64,000 nucleotides of DNA from Macrostomum hystrix (Eukaryota; Animalia; Platyhelminthes). Shown here piece after piece: positions 26,743-48,628 of this stretch (positions are counted from its first letter, which is position 1; each line of letters starts with the position of its first letter). Made by a program: the position numbers and the translations under genes. Location of the stretch: the NCBI GenBank assembly GCA_950097015.1, contig CATNEN010000038.1:20956001-21020000 (forward strand), given 5' to 3'. The notes under the pieces were generated by a model. It had not been told where the DNA came from. It saw only the letters and a list, made by a program, of their open reading frames with translations, and did no database searches.

Positions 26743-28969
26743 ATCATGGGGTTTCAATGGATAGTGTGGTGTCAGTAGCTCATGGGGTTTCAATGGATAG
26801 TGTGGTGTCAGTAGCTCATGGGGTTTCAATGGATTGTGTGGTGTCAGTAGCTCATGGGGTTTCAATGGATAGTGTGGTGTCAGTAGCTCATGGGGTTTCA
26901 ATGGATTGTGTGGTGTCAGTAGCTCATGGGGTTTCAATGGATAGTGTGGTGTCAGTAGCTCATGGGGTTTCAATGGATAGTGTGGTGTCAGTAGCTCATG
27001 GGGTTTCAATGGATAGTGTGGTGTCAGTAGCTCATGGGGTTTCAATGGATAGTGTGGTGTCAGTAGCTCATGGGGTTTCAATGGATTGTGTGGTGTCAGT
27101 AGCTCATGGGGTTTCAATGGATAATGGGGTGTCAGTAGCTCATGGGGTTTCAATGGATTGTGTGGTGTCAGTAGCTCATGGGGTTTCAATGGATTGTGTG
27201 GTGTCAGTAGCTCATGGGGTTTCAATGGATAGTGTGGTGTCAGTAGCTCATGGGGTTTCAATGGATTGTGTGGTGTCAGTAGCTCATGGGGTTTCAATGG
27301 ATAATGGGGTGTCAGTAGCTCATGGGGTTTCAATGGATTGTGTGGTGTCAGTAGCTCATGGGGTTTCAATGGATTGTGTGGTGTCAGTAGCTCATGGGGT
27401 TTCAATGGATAGTGGGGTGTCAGTAGCTCATGGGGTTTCAATGGATAGTGTGGTGTCAGTAGCTCATGGGGTTTCAATGGATTGTGGGGTGTCAGTAGCT
27501 CAAGGGGTTTCAATGGATAGTGGGGTGTCAGTAGCTCATGGGGTTTCAATGGATTGTGTGGTGTCAGTAGCTCATGGGGTTTCAATGGATAGTGGGGTGT
27601 CAGTAGCTCATGGGGTTTCAATGGATTGTGTGGTGTCAGTAGCTCATGGGGTTTCAATGGATAGTGGGGTGTCAGTAGCTCAAGGGGTTTCAATGGATAA
27701 TGGGGTGTCAGTAGCTCATGGGGTTTCAATGGATAGTGGGGTGTCAGTAGCTCAAGGGATTTCAATGGATTGTGTGGTGTCAGTAGCTCAAGGGGGTTCA
27801 ATGGATAGTGGGGTGTCAGTAGCTCATGGGGTTTTAATGGATAGTGGGGTGTCAGTAGCTCATGGGGTTTTAATGGATAGTGGGGTGTCAGTAGCTCATG
27901 GGGTTTCAATGGATTGTGTGGTGTCAGTAGCTCATGGGGTTTCAATGGATAGTGGGGTGTCAGTAGCTCATGGGGTTTCAATGGATAGTGGGGTGTCAGT
28001 AGCTCATGGGGTTTCAATGGATTGTGTGGTGTCAGTAGCTCATGGGGTTTCAATGGATAGTGTGGTGTCAGTAGCTCATGGGGTTTCAATGGATTGTGTG
28101 GTGTCAGTAGCTCATGGGGTTTCAATGGATAGTGGGGTGTCAGTAGCTCAAGGGGTTTCAATGGATAATGGGGTGTCAGTAGCTCATGGGGTTTCAATGG
28201 ATAGTGGGGTGTCAGTAGCTCAAGGGATTTCAATGGATTGTGTGGTGTCAGTAGCTCAAGGGGGTTCAATGGATAGTGGGGTGTCAGTAGCTCATGGGGT
28301 TTTAATGGATAGTGGGGTGTCAGTAGCTCATGGGGTTTTAATGGATAGTGGGGTGTCAGTAGCTCATGGGGTTTCAATGGATTGTGTGGTGTCAGTAGCT
28401 CATGGGGTTTCAATGGATAGTGGGGTGTCAGTAGCTCATGGGGTTTCAATGGATTGTGTGGTGTCAGTAGCTCATGGGGTTTCAATGGATAGTGGGGTGT
28501 CAGTAGCTCAAGGGGTTTCAATGGATAGTGGGGTGTCAGTAGCTCATGGGGTTTCAATGGATAATGGGGTGTCAGTAGCTCATGGGGTTTCAATGGATAG
28601 TGGGGTGTCAGTAGCTCAAGGGGTTTCAATGGATAGTGGGGTGTCAGTAGCTCAAGGGGTTTCAATGGATAGTGGGGTGTCAGTAGCTCATGGGGTTTTA
28701 ATGGATAGTGGGGTGTCAGTAGCTCATGGGGTTTCAATGGATAGTGGGGTGTCAGTAGCTCATGGGGTTTCAATGGATAGTGGGGTGTCAGTAGCTCATG
28801 GGGTTTCAATGGATAGTGGGGTGTCAGTAGCTCATGGGGTTTTAATGGATAGTGGGGTGTCAGTAGCTCATGGGGTTTCAATGGGCGTCAGTAGATCGTG
28901 GGGTGTCAGTAGATCGTGGGGTGTCAGGGTAGACTCTCGGGAGTCATTGGATAATGGGGTGTCAGTAGC
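26743..28969. repeat. 36-bp minisatellite (TCATGGGGTTTCAATGGATAGTGTGGTGTCAGTAGC)n immediately 3' of the LIX1L stop
   Basis: ~60 units; source of the 718 and 741 aa artefact ORFs. Confidence 0.95.
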
Positions 28970-28989
28970 AGTGCAGTGCTGAGGAGGCA

Positions 28990-37713
<8,724 letters not shown>

Positions 37714-37844
37714 TGCTGTTAATCCAGTTATTGGAGTGCGTTCAACTGAAACTGTCAATATGGTGGCTAATCTGAATTGGTAAAATAATAATCACAAACA
37801 TAGAATAAGAAACTTATTTTCATTTATAATAATTACAATATCAA

Positions 37845-38880
37845 TCAACACAGTCTATGGAATCAATCTACAGTAGCTATTTAATCAGTCTACACAGTCT
37901 ATGGTATCTATCTACAGTAGCTATTCAATCAGTCTTCACAGTCTATGGTATCAATCTACAGTAGCTACATAATCAGTCTACACAGTCTATGGAATCTATC
38001 TACAGTAGCTATTTAATCAGTCTACACAGTCTATGGTATCTATCTACAGTAGCTATTCAATCAGTCTTCACAGTCTATGGTATCAATCTACAGTAGCTAC
38101 ATAATCAGTCTACACAGTCTATGGTATCTATCTACAGTAGCTACATAATCAGTCTACACAGTCTATGGAATCTATCTACAGTAGCTATTTAATCAGTCTA
38201 CACAGTCTATGGTATCTATCTACAGTAGCTATTTAATCAGTCTACACAGTCTATGGTATCTATCTACAGTAGCTATTTAATCAGTCTACACAGTCTATGG
38301 TATCTATCTACAGTAGCTATTTAATCAGTCAACACAGCCTATGGTATCTATCTACAGTAGCTATTTAATCAGTCTACACAGTCTATGGTATCAATCTACA
38401 GTAGCTACATAATCAGTCTACACAGTCTATGGTATCAATCTGCAGTAGCTACATAATCAGTCTACACAGTCTATGGTATCTATCTACAGTAGCTACATAA
38501 TCAGTCTACACAGTCTATGGTATCTATCTACAGTAGCTACATAATCAGTCTACACAGTCTATGGAATCAGTCTACAGTAGCTATTTAATCGGTCTACACA
38601 GTCTATGGAATCTATCTACAGTAGCTATTTAATCAGTCTACACAGTCTATGGTATCTATCTACAGTAGCTATTTAATCAGTCTACACAGTCTATGGAATC
38701 TATCTAGAGTAGCTATGGAATCAATCTACAGTAGCTACGGAATCGATCAGTAGTAGCTATGGAATCAATCAACATTGTCTATGGTATCAATTAACATTGT
38801 CTATGGTATCAATCTACCACTGTCATGGTATCAATCCACAATATCTAAAGTGTCAATCAAGAACGGTAGCTATGGAATTA
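37845..38880. repeat. 44-bp dimeric derivative of the 22-bp satellite, upstream of LIX1L
   Basis: Alternating CAGTCTATGGTATCTATCTACA and GTAGCTATTTAATCAGTCTACA halves; canonical 22-mers at ~38710-38770. Confidence 0.85.
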
Positions 38881-39359
38881 TCTTGTAAAAAGAGCTTTAA
38901 ATGAGAAAGCGTTAAATGTGCAATTCGGTAACTGAACAATTAAAAACTGTCTTTGTTACTTTCAATCTAGCAAAAAATTCTTAGAGGAACACAGGTATAA
39001 CTAATATGATGACGCATGCCAGACAATACAAACTTAACAATTGCTAACAGTTAGCAATTTGACGAAAAATTTCTTTGCGTGAATATTTCATTCAGATAAA
39101 AATTGCGAAGTTTGGCTAACAAGTCTCTGGATAAAGACTGGATAAAAGTTAACAAGTACTTTAACAGAAAAATGCATTTATTAATAAACTAATGCCAAGT
39201 AAAACATTTATGAGAAAACGAGAAATTTTCCAACACCAGACAACAATCGACATCTCAAAATAATTCAGATTTAGATAAAATTATTTTTGCAACATAAATT
39301 AGGTTCTTAGATTTCAGTATCTAGACTTCAGATTAGTTAAACTAATTAAATCTGCCCAA

Positions 39360-39603
39360 ATTGGTCAGATGTGCAGCCGACAGCACAGCCGCAGCTATTG
39401 CGGGCTGAATCTGTAGGGTACGTATGGCTGTTCAGTCCATGGACTGTGGGGACGCCACACCTTCAATTATCCCAGCTGATGCTGGAACCCATTTAACAGC
39501 TAGTTGCTACACAGCTACACTAGTTGTTCCAGTAGAGTGAAGAATCGAACCCACGATCTTTAAGTCGTGAGTCCGAAAACTCTAACCACTATACTACAAC
39601 CCC
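39360..39603 (-). mobile_element. tRNA-derived SINE
   Basis: Minus strand has A-box TAGTATAGTGG (39596-39586) and B-box GGTTCGATTC (39551-39542), followed by a CAGCTGTTAAATGGGTTCCAGC-type core reminiscent of conserved SINE central domains. 3' limit approximate. Confidence 0.6.
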
Positions 39604-39610
39604 AAAAACG

Positions 39611-40053
39611 CCTTACTAGGCTACAACCCCTTAATAGGCTACACCCCTTTACTAGGCTACAGCCCCTTACTAGGCTACACCCCTTTACTAGGCTACAGCC
39701 CCTTACTAGGCTACACCCCTTTACTAGGTAGGCTACAACCCCTTACTAGGCTACACCCCTTTACTAGGTAGGCTACAACCCCTTACTAGGCTACAACCCC
39801 TACTAGGCTACAACCCCTTACTAGGCTACAATCCCTTACTAGGCTACAGCCCCTTACTAGGCTACACCCCTTTACTAGGCTACAGCCCCTTACTAGGCTA
39901 CACCCCTTTACTAGGTAGGCTACAACCCCTACTAGGATACAACCCCTTACTAGGCTACAATCCCTTACTAGGCTACAACCCCTTACTAGGCTACAACCCC
40001 TTACTAGGCTACAACCCTTACTAGGCTACAACCCTTACTAGGCTACAACCCTT
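39611..40053. repeat. ~18-bp minisatellite (TACTAGGCTACAACCCCT)n
   Basis: Tandem repeat abutting the SINE head. Confidence 0.9.
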
Positions 40054-40280
40054 AGATAGTTTTCTAGATCTTATCTAGTGTCTTTAGGATTCTAGATTTC
40101 GGCAAGTAGATGCTGGCGCCCCGGACACTGCCGGCGGTGCGGCCTTTGTTCGCGCCCAGGCTCTGAAGCGTGCACTGTGACGCTGCCTTTTCCACCTGAC
40201 GGCGTACTTTGTTGTTGTTGTTGTTGTTGTTTTCAGCAACACTAAGAAGCATCGCGAAAGAATAGCACAGTGAATGCACT

Positions 40281-43200
40281 TCACAGCTCAATGCTGTGTT
40301 TATTATCCACGGGTAAACGGGGAAATTCATTTAATTTAAGTTTGAGCGAGTCGACTTTCAGTCGCATGGTATCGAAATATCCGCCGGTTACGCCGTCCTC
40401 AGCCAACTCCTCTTTAGCTAGATCATTGTAGCGAGCGGCCAATCGATCTATTGTTGTCTTAGCGTCAGGCTGGGACGCGAACTCGCGACCACAGACGTCA
40501 AATAAAATAGACATAGCCGACGTAACCTTTTCAACGGAGTCGTGATCTTGAAACTCAAGCAGCCTTGGAATCAGGGTGCACCAGCCAGTTTCAGCTATGG
40601 ATCTGGCAGCTGACACCTGCTGATATTGGCGCTGTCTCTCCACTGTGGCCGAAGATTTGGCGACTTCAGCGGCGGCTTCGGCAGCCTCCAGGGTCATGTC
40701 GGCTAGCAGGGTGACAATTCGCAGTAGGCGAGGTCGGTCCACATCCCGACTTTCAAAGGCGGAGCGCAGTGCCGCCAGGCCGCCTGATTTTAACAGAACT
40801 GTCTGCATTTGTGGTGCACAGGATGAGATTTTGAGTTTACTCCAAATTGAGAGGGTGAGATTTTGAGTTTACTGCAAACTGAGAGGGTGAGATTTTTAGT
40901 TTACTACAAACTGATAGGGTGAGATTTTGAGATTGCTCCAAACTGAGAGGGTGAGATTTTGAGTTTACTCCAAACTGAGAGGGTGAGATTTTGAGTTTAC
41001 TCCAAACTGAGAGGGTGAGATTTTTAGTTTACTACAAACTGATAGGGTGAGATTTTGAGTTTACTCCAAACTGAGAGGGTGAGATTTTGAGTTTACTCCA
41101 AACTGAGAGGGTGAGATTTTGAGTTTACTACAAACTGATAGGGTGAGATTTTGAGATTGCTCCAAACTGAGAGGGTGAGATTTTGAGTTTACTCCAAACT
41201 GAAAGGGTGAGATTTTAAGTTTTACTCCAAACTGAGAGGGTGAGATTTTGAGTTTACTACAAACTGATAGGGTGAGATTTAGAGATTGCTCCAAACTGAG
41301 AGGGTGAGATTTTGAGTTTACTCCAAACTGAGAGGGTGAGATTTTGAGTTTACTCCAAACTGAAAGGGTGAGATTTTGAGTTCACTGCAAACTGAAAGGG
41401 TGAGATTTTGAGTTCACTGCAAACTGATAGGGTGAGATTTAGAGATTGCTCCAAACTGAGAGGGTGAGATTTTGAGTTTACTCCAAACTGAAAGGGTGAG
41501 ATTTTGAGTTTACTGCAAACTGATAGGGTGAGATTTTGAGATTGCTCCAAACTGACAGGGTGAGATTTGGAGATTACTATACGATGAGAGAGTTTAACTT
41601 CAAGATAGTAGGATTAAAAACTAGTAAAGACTACAAACCTGAGCGAGTGGAAAGTTTCTACACAGGCCGGCCAAAGCCAGCACACTTGCTGATCGGGTCT
41701 GCTTGTCGGCGCCACTGCCAGCCATCATAATTCGCAGAAGCAGGGGCAGAAAGCCTGCTTTAATAGCAGCCACCTGAGCAACAAGAATTAAAATGCGAAT
41801 CAGTCACAAAATGTCAAGACATGCACACAGAGACAGTGAGACCGTCGTATAGGGTTTTAGGGTGTCAGAGAGTCAATGGGTGTCAAGGAGTTTTAGGGTG
41901 TCAGAGAGTCAATGGGTGTCAAGGAGTTTTAGGGTGTCAGAGAGTCAATGGGTGTCAAGGAGTTTTAGGGTGACAGAGAGTCAATGGGTGTCAAGGAGTT
42001 TTAGGGTGGCAGAGAGTCAATGGGTGTCAAGGAGTTTTAGGGTGACAGAGAGTCAATGGGTGTCAAGGAGTTTTAGGGTGTCAGAGAGTCAATGGGTGTC
42101 AAGGAGTTTTAGGGTGTCAGAGAGTCATAGGGTGACAGAGAGTCAATGGGTGTCAAGGAGTTTTAGGGTGTCAGAGAGTCAATGGGTGTCAAGGAGTTTT
42201 AGGGTGTCAGAGAGTCATAGGGTGACAGAGAGTCAATGGGTGTCAAGGAGTTTTAGGGTGACAGAGAGTCAATGGGTGTCAAGGAGTTTTAGGGTGTCAG
42301 AGAGTCAATGGGTGTCAAGGAGTTTTAGGGTGGCAGAGAGTCAATGGGTGTCAAGGAGTTTTAGGGTGACAGAGAGTCAATGGGTGTCAAGGAGTTTTAG
42401 GGTGTCAGGGAGTCATAGGGTGACAGAGAGTCAATGGGTGTCAAGGAGTTTTAGGGTGTCAGAGAGTCAATGGGTGTCAAGGAGTTTTAGGGTGACAGAG
42501 AGTCAATGGGTGTCAAGGAGTTTTAGGGTGACAGAGAGTCAATGGGTGTCAAGGAGTTTTAGGGTGTCAGGGAGTCATAGGGTGACAGAGAGTCAATGGG
42601 TGTCAAGGAGTTTTAGGGTGTCAGAGAGTCAATGGGTGTCAAGGAGTTTTAGGGTGTCAGAGAGTCAATGGGTGTCAAGGAGTTTTAGGGTGACAGAGAG
42701 TCAATGGGTGTCAAGGAGTTTTAGGGTGACAGAGAGTCAATGGGTGTCAAGGAGTTTTAGGGTGACAGAGAGTCAATGGGTGTCAAGGAGTTTTAGGGTG
42801 GCAGAGAGTCATAGGGTGTCAGGGAGTCATAGGGTGACAGAGAGTCAATGGGTGTCAAGGAGTTTTAGGGTGTCAGAGAGTCAATGGGTGTCAAGGAGTT
42901 TTAGGGTGTCAGAGAGTCAATGGGTGTCAAGGAGTTTTAGGGTGTCAGAGAGTCATAGGGTGACAGAGAGTCATTAAGTGTCAGAGAATCATAGGGTGTC
43001 AAAGACTTATAGGGTGTCAGAAACTCATAGGGTGTCAAAGACTTATAGGGTGTCAGAGACTCATAGGGTGTCAAAGATTTATAGGGTGTCAGAGACTCAT
43101 AGGGTGTCAAAGATTTATAGGGTGTCAGAGACTCATAGGGTGTCAAAGATTTATAGGGTGTCAGAGAGTCATAGGGTGTCAGAGAGTCATAGGGTGTCAG

Positions 43201-44756
43201 AGAGTCATAGGGTGACAGAGAGTCATAGGGTGACAGAGAGTCATAGGGTGTCAGAGAGTCATAGGGTGTCAGAGAGTCATAGGGTGTCAGAGAGTCATAG
43301 GGTGTCAGAGAGTCATAGGGTGTCAGAGAGTCATAGGGTGTCAGAGAGTCATAGGGTGACAGAGTCATAGGGTGTCAGAGAGTCATAGGGTGTCAGAGAG
43401 TCATAGGGTGTCAGAGAGTCATTGGGTGTCAGAGAGTCATAGGGTGACAGAGAGTCATAGGGTGTCAGAGAGTCATAGGGTGTCAGAGAGTCATAGGGTG
43501 TCTGCGTTATTAGGCGCAAGTGTATTTAAAGTCAGCGATTTGCCTGCACAGGCGCGTTGCCTTGACAACTGGCGGCTAGGACACGCAGCGCAGCCGTGGC
43601 AGCATTGCTAGCCTCAGCGGACTCATTGGCATAGGATCCATTCACCTGGCCCATCAGCAAGTCCAGGCCGCCAAGTTGAACAAAATTCTGGGCATTATCG
43701 ATCTGTCGTAGGTGGTACTCAAATTCCCCAAGAATTCGAAGACGATTAACCGGGTCAGCCGAAGATACAGCCCACTCAGCTAGAAGATCTTTAATTATTT
43801 CCAAGTCTGTCTTGATACCAGCGTTCAGCTTGGCAAAGTCGGCCTATAAAATTATTGATAAATTGAGATACAAAAATATAGAGAGATTTTTGGACCTTAT
43901 ATTTAGAAAGGAAGATCTGGATGACTGAATACTTAATCTGGGGATCTGAGAGGATAGAAATTTATCCTCAATATGACGATCTGAGATGACGGCGGCTCAT
44001 GTTGTAGGTCCTCCAATATGAGGATCTGAGATGATGATGGCTGATCATCACCAATATGAGGATCTGAGGTGATGATGGCTGCTCATTACCAGCATGAGGA
44101 TCTAAGGTGATGATGGCTGCTCATCACCAACATGAGGATCTAAGGTGATGATGGCTGCTCATCACCAACATGAGGATCTGGGATGATAGCAGGTAAATTA
44201 AGCAATGAAAAAGCACCTTTAACTCTTCATAGCTTCGAAACTGACTGGAGCTCGAATCGGCGCCATCACTACTGTCGCTAGCCAGGTTCTCGGCTTTGAT
44301 TTTTTTCAATGCCTCTTTCATTCTTCGACTACTCAGAGCCTCACGCAGCGTCTCGGATGTCAATCCTCCAATCTTGTCATCTTCATTTTCTCCTGCCGTC
44401 TCCTTGGCCGAGTTGGCTTCGTTGTTATTGGCAACCAAAGCAGGGAGATTAGCATCAGTCTGAGCCTGATCACCTGGCGGCATCAATCTGGCTTCAGTGT
44501 GGCCTGTCTGAATGTTCATGCGCACATGTAGTCCAGGAGGAATTCTCTGGCCAGGTAATACCAAACGCCACTCTTGCGTGGCGACAAAGTCGCTACTGGC
44601 AGCAGTAGATTTTGTATCTATGGCAACACCTTGACGCTTACAATAGACACTAATTGGCAATTGAATTAGGCACATTATGACTAACAGAGTTAGAGCTGCG
44701 AGCAATGTAGCCTGTTTTGCAAACTGACGATGTGAAGAAGTGAGAAGATTTGGCAT
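40281..44756 (-). CDS. SIL1: SIL1 (BiP nucleotide exchange factor), 4 exons (44756-44217, 43843-43544, 41773-41639, 40802-40281; ~498 aa)
   Basis: Signal peptide; FVATQEW...IPPGLHVRMNIQTGHTEARL; FRSYEELK|ADF; EYHLRQIDNAQNFVQLGGL; NAPVQ|VAAIKAG; RNFPLAQ|TVLLKSGGL; GWC; C-terminal SIEL (KDEL-like). Intron 2 is GC-AG. Confidence 0.93.
40824..41570. repeat. 32-bp minisatellite (GAGATTTTGAGTTTACTCCAAACTGAGAGGGT)n in SIL1 intron 3
   Basis: Tandem repeat. Confidence 0.93.
41850..43502. repeat. 18-bp/36-bp minisatellite (TAGGGTGTCAGAGAGTCA and dimeric variants) in SIL1 intron 2
   Basis: Tandem repeat with three sub-domains. Confidence 0.93.
43970..44190. repeat. Degenerate 38-bp minisatellite in SIL1 intron 1
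   Basis: Units of TGAGGATCTAAGGTGATGATGGCTGCTCATCACCAACA. Confidence 0.8.
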
Positions 44757-47569
44757 GGTTTTCTGTTCTGTAATTTGTTAGGAGCATTGTGTATACATGG
44801 ACAGAACCTTTGAAAGGCACCATCAATTTCTTAAAACATAATGTTTACTAAGTCTGTGTACTTATACAAAAAAGTCTGTACAAAAGTGTAGTCTTTAATT
44901 GCTAGAGACACTGGTCCCAGAATATATGTAGCTAGGAGTCACAATAACAACCTAGCTTGTCTTCCTATGCAAGTAAAGTCTGGAAAAAATTTGTAAATAA
45001 ACTTTTTGAGTAAGTCAAATGTCATTAATATGTGACAACATTAACATAGCTAAGTTGTTATATACTAACTTAAATGCTTAAAATACCAAATTGGATATCA
45101 AATAAAGTCTCTAAGCATTTTATATTAAAAAAATAGTTAATAGGCCTAACAATGTGTTTGATAGTTGATACATGTGTTTCACTGACACATATTGTTAACA
45201 TTTACAATAAACTCTTACCAAAAGGAATCTATAAATAACATAATAACATCAACCAGACTAGTCAATTTTTTTAATCCATGTCCATGCCACAGATCCATGA
45301 ATTTGAAAGTCAACTGATTTGCTTTCCTAATGACACATATTGCATGCATTATAAATTTAAGGCGTATTATTAAACAACAAATCATCAAACAACAAATTGA
45401 TTATTACCCTATAAAATAAAATAATTAAATTAAATGCACATCACACAACAACAACAGTTAGCTCTAGCCTAACTGAACATCAACAGATTTTATAGCAATA
45501 GGCCTACTGTATGATTTGTTTTTGACACTTAGGCCTATCCACCTATTGTTGTCATTGTATGAAAAACAATTTTGTTATTTTTATATTCACTCTATAAATA
45601 CCTGTTTTGCTATTTGTACAGCCATCATAAGTCCATACAAACAACGACTGCCTTTTATATATTTGCTCTAATAACAATTTGGTTAGGCCTAGGTGAAGGG
45701 GTGTGACTGAAATAAAATAAAGATCATGATTCCCGAGGCAAGTGAAATAATTTGATTTTGGCACAAATACTTAGACCTAGGCTATAGTCTATAGAAATTG
45801 GCCGCAGTGGCTATTTTTAGAGGGAATATATAGCATATTCAAATGGGGTCCCATTGAAATACAAATAGGACAAATAATGGTTAAAATTCGAGGCAATAGC
45901 TCGATATCCAATCATAGGCAAATTATGAAAACGTGAAAATATTAAAGCTAAAAATAGAGACAGGTATGCGAAAAAACAATCATACTACCTCTATTAAATC
46001 CCATCAAGCCTAGAAGATGCATAGGTATATAAACCAAATTATCTTACACGTCCAGAGATGGTAATTGTTGAATGTAGATTTTCTGGAAAAATGATGACGC
46101 CGAAATATAGAATGTAATTTTTACTTCTGTAGATAAAATGAAAATAAACAGCAAAAATGTATGCGTTACAGTTATCGCCTTTATGCTTATTTACATATAA
46201 TTTTATAGCAAATAAAAACATTCGTTAAGCTACTTTCCTTTTTTGCCTGCTCGATTAGAATCTCCCTTTCTTAGAAGTCGGTGCTTAACTAAATTTACAA
46301 AAAGCTGAGCTCCCGTAGTGCCTATGCTGTAGATGCATGCGTTTTTTATATTTTTTCCAGACTTTTATGCACAGAGGGTTTCCCAAGATTTGCAAAACTA
46401 TCTTAAATTTTTTCATGTATAGTTGACTAATCGAGACTACTTGAAATTATATTGGCAATATTGCTAGTTAGGTCGAAGTGCAGTCCGGAAAAATTGCCAA
46501 CGAGGAGCGAAGCGAGCGAAGCGAGCGTAGCTCCTCGTTGGCAATTTTTCCGGACAAACGAGACCGATATAAGATTGCCCGGAGACTCCCCCAACGTAAA
46601 ATCAACGTTTTAGAAAATAAAATTGATGCAGAATTAAAACCACTTGAGATGAAACCATGTGTGACCCCTCTATGGACGTAAAACATTTAGGGCTACAAGA
46701 TGAGTGACGTGAAAGTTCCATAGCAACGCGTCTTGGTTGCCATGGCAACAAAAAAGTGACTTTTTTTAGACCCATCGAAATCTTGAATCTTAAAAAATAA
46801 GGATTCACAATATGGAGTCAAAAATTGATTGAACCCAACTTTTGGCGAATTTTTAGACCTTCAAGACACTGATTGGTTATTTTCCGCTAAATGCTTACCT
46901 TGATAGGTAATTCTGTAAAAGTGTGTTTTTTAAGTGTCAAAAAATGCACATTTTTTTTAACTTTCAACTGACGCAGCTCAAAGGTCGCGCGTCAGCGCGA
47001 CCTTTGAGCTGCGTCATTCTAACGATGGCACCTGGGACTCTTACATGACGCACGACTTTAACCAAGATACTCACTTTAACTGTACATTCGCACCTGTTAA
47101 TTACATTCGAATATTCGACGGGTAGGTATTCGAACCGAAATAAAGGAAATTCAACCTTGTTGCGAGGTTCTAAAAAGTACATGAATGCGGTCATTCAGGT
47201 AAGATCTACATGTTTATAATACATTTTGAGCCGTTTCGTTCCACTGACTCTGAGCCATACACTGCTAAAGTCGATAAACGTGATTTAGGCTATTTTTATG
47301 CATTTTTCATGATACAAATGTACAAAAAATAAGCAACGACGACATGCTAGGAAAATCAGACTTTTTAGGCAAGGTGCACAACTAAATTTCGCACAATTTG
47401 TATATCTTGAAATTTCGTCTTAGTTTATTGAAGTCGCTGCCGGTACAGAAATGTACTTTAACGACGGTACGGGGGGCTTGCATATCGAACATACTTTTTA
47501 GCCTGTAACTTTTGAACGGATTACCGGAGCGCGACGCACTTGGTGTCATTGAACTACATTTTAGATGTA

Positions 47570-48628
47570 CTTTAATTTGAATGTATGTTCGCTGTCATTG
47601 CACGATGCGTTGTACACCTCAGGACAGGTCACGTGACTTGCTGGAAATGAAATAATGACTTTGTACCTATACTAAGGATAGGTGAAGCGTAAGAATGAGC
47701 CAAAATTTGTACTTATTAGAAACACCTAGATGACTACTGTCAGAAAAAATGATATTCACGTCTGTCAGTTGCAAAATTTTGTTATAATTGACTTTTAAAA
47801 TCGAAAAACGTGATTTTGTGCAAAAACAACCCATATGAGCACACATAGGGTGAAAAATTTATTGATTTTCGCTATGAGGTTCTTAGCTTCCAAGAGCACT
47901 ATTGTGCCCAGTAAACACGTACAGATGACTGCTATCTTCGTTAGTGTGCGAAAATTCGTATTTTTACGCTAATAACATTTACCGAATTACGAGGTTCCGG
48001 TGTTATGCGTTTTTTTGCTATATTTCACGCTGCCATTTATTAACGATGCTACGCCAGGCCTTCAGTGTGGTGTCAATAGTTAGCATTTAAAAAGTGCTTT
48101 AATTTGAGTGTATGTTCGCTGGCATTGCACGATGCGTTGTACACCTCAGGCCAGGTCACGTGACTTGCTGGAAATGAAATAATGACTTTGTACCTATACT
48201 AAGGATAGGTGAAGCATAAGAATGACCCATATTAGTACTTATTAGAAACATCTAGATGACTACTCTCAGAAAAAGTGACATTCACGTCTGTCAGTTGCAA
48301 AAAAAATTTTTAATTGACTCTCAAAATCGGAAAACGTGATTTTGTGCAAAAACAACCCATTTGAGCACTACATAGGGCGGAAAATATATTAATTTTCGCT
48401 ATGAGGTTCTTAGCTTCCAAGAGCACTATTGTGCCCAGTAAACACGTACAGATGACTGCCATCTTCGTTAGTGTGCGAAAATTCGTATTTTGACGCTATT
48501 AACATTTTACCGAATTACGAGGTTCCGGTACTATGCGTTTTTGCTATATTTCACGCTGCCATTTATTAACGATGCTATGCCAGGCCTTCAGTGTGGTGTC
48601 AATAAATAGCATTTAGCAAGTGCTTTAA
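47570..48628. repeat. Two ~527-bp tandem units inside the element left arm (also ~54460-55520 in copy 2)
   Basis: TGTATGTTCGCTG.CATTGCACGATG at 47582 and 48109. Confidence 0.85.

Noticed and set aside
23594-28982. 513, 718 and 741 aa repetitive ORFs
   Set aside because: 33-bp and 36-bp minisatellites whose unit length is a multiple of 3
39530-39603. Functional tRNA gene
   Set aside because: A and B boxes are present, but the acceptor stem does not pair well and the sequence continues into a SINE-like body
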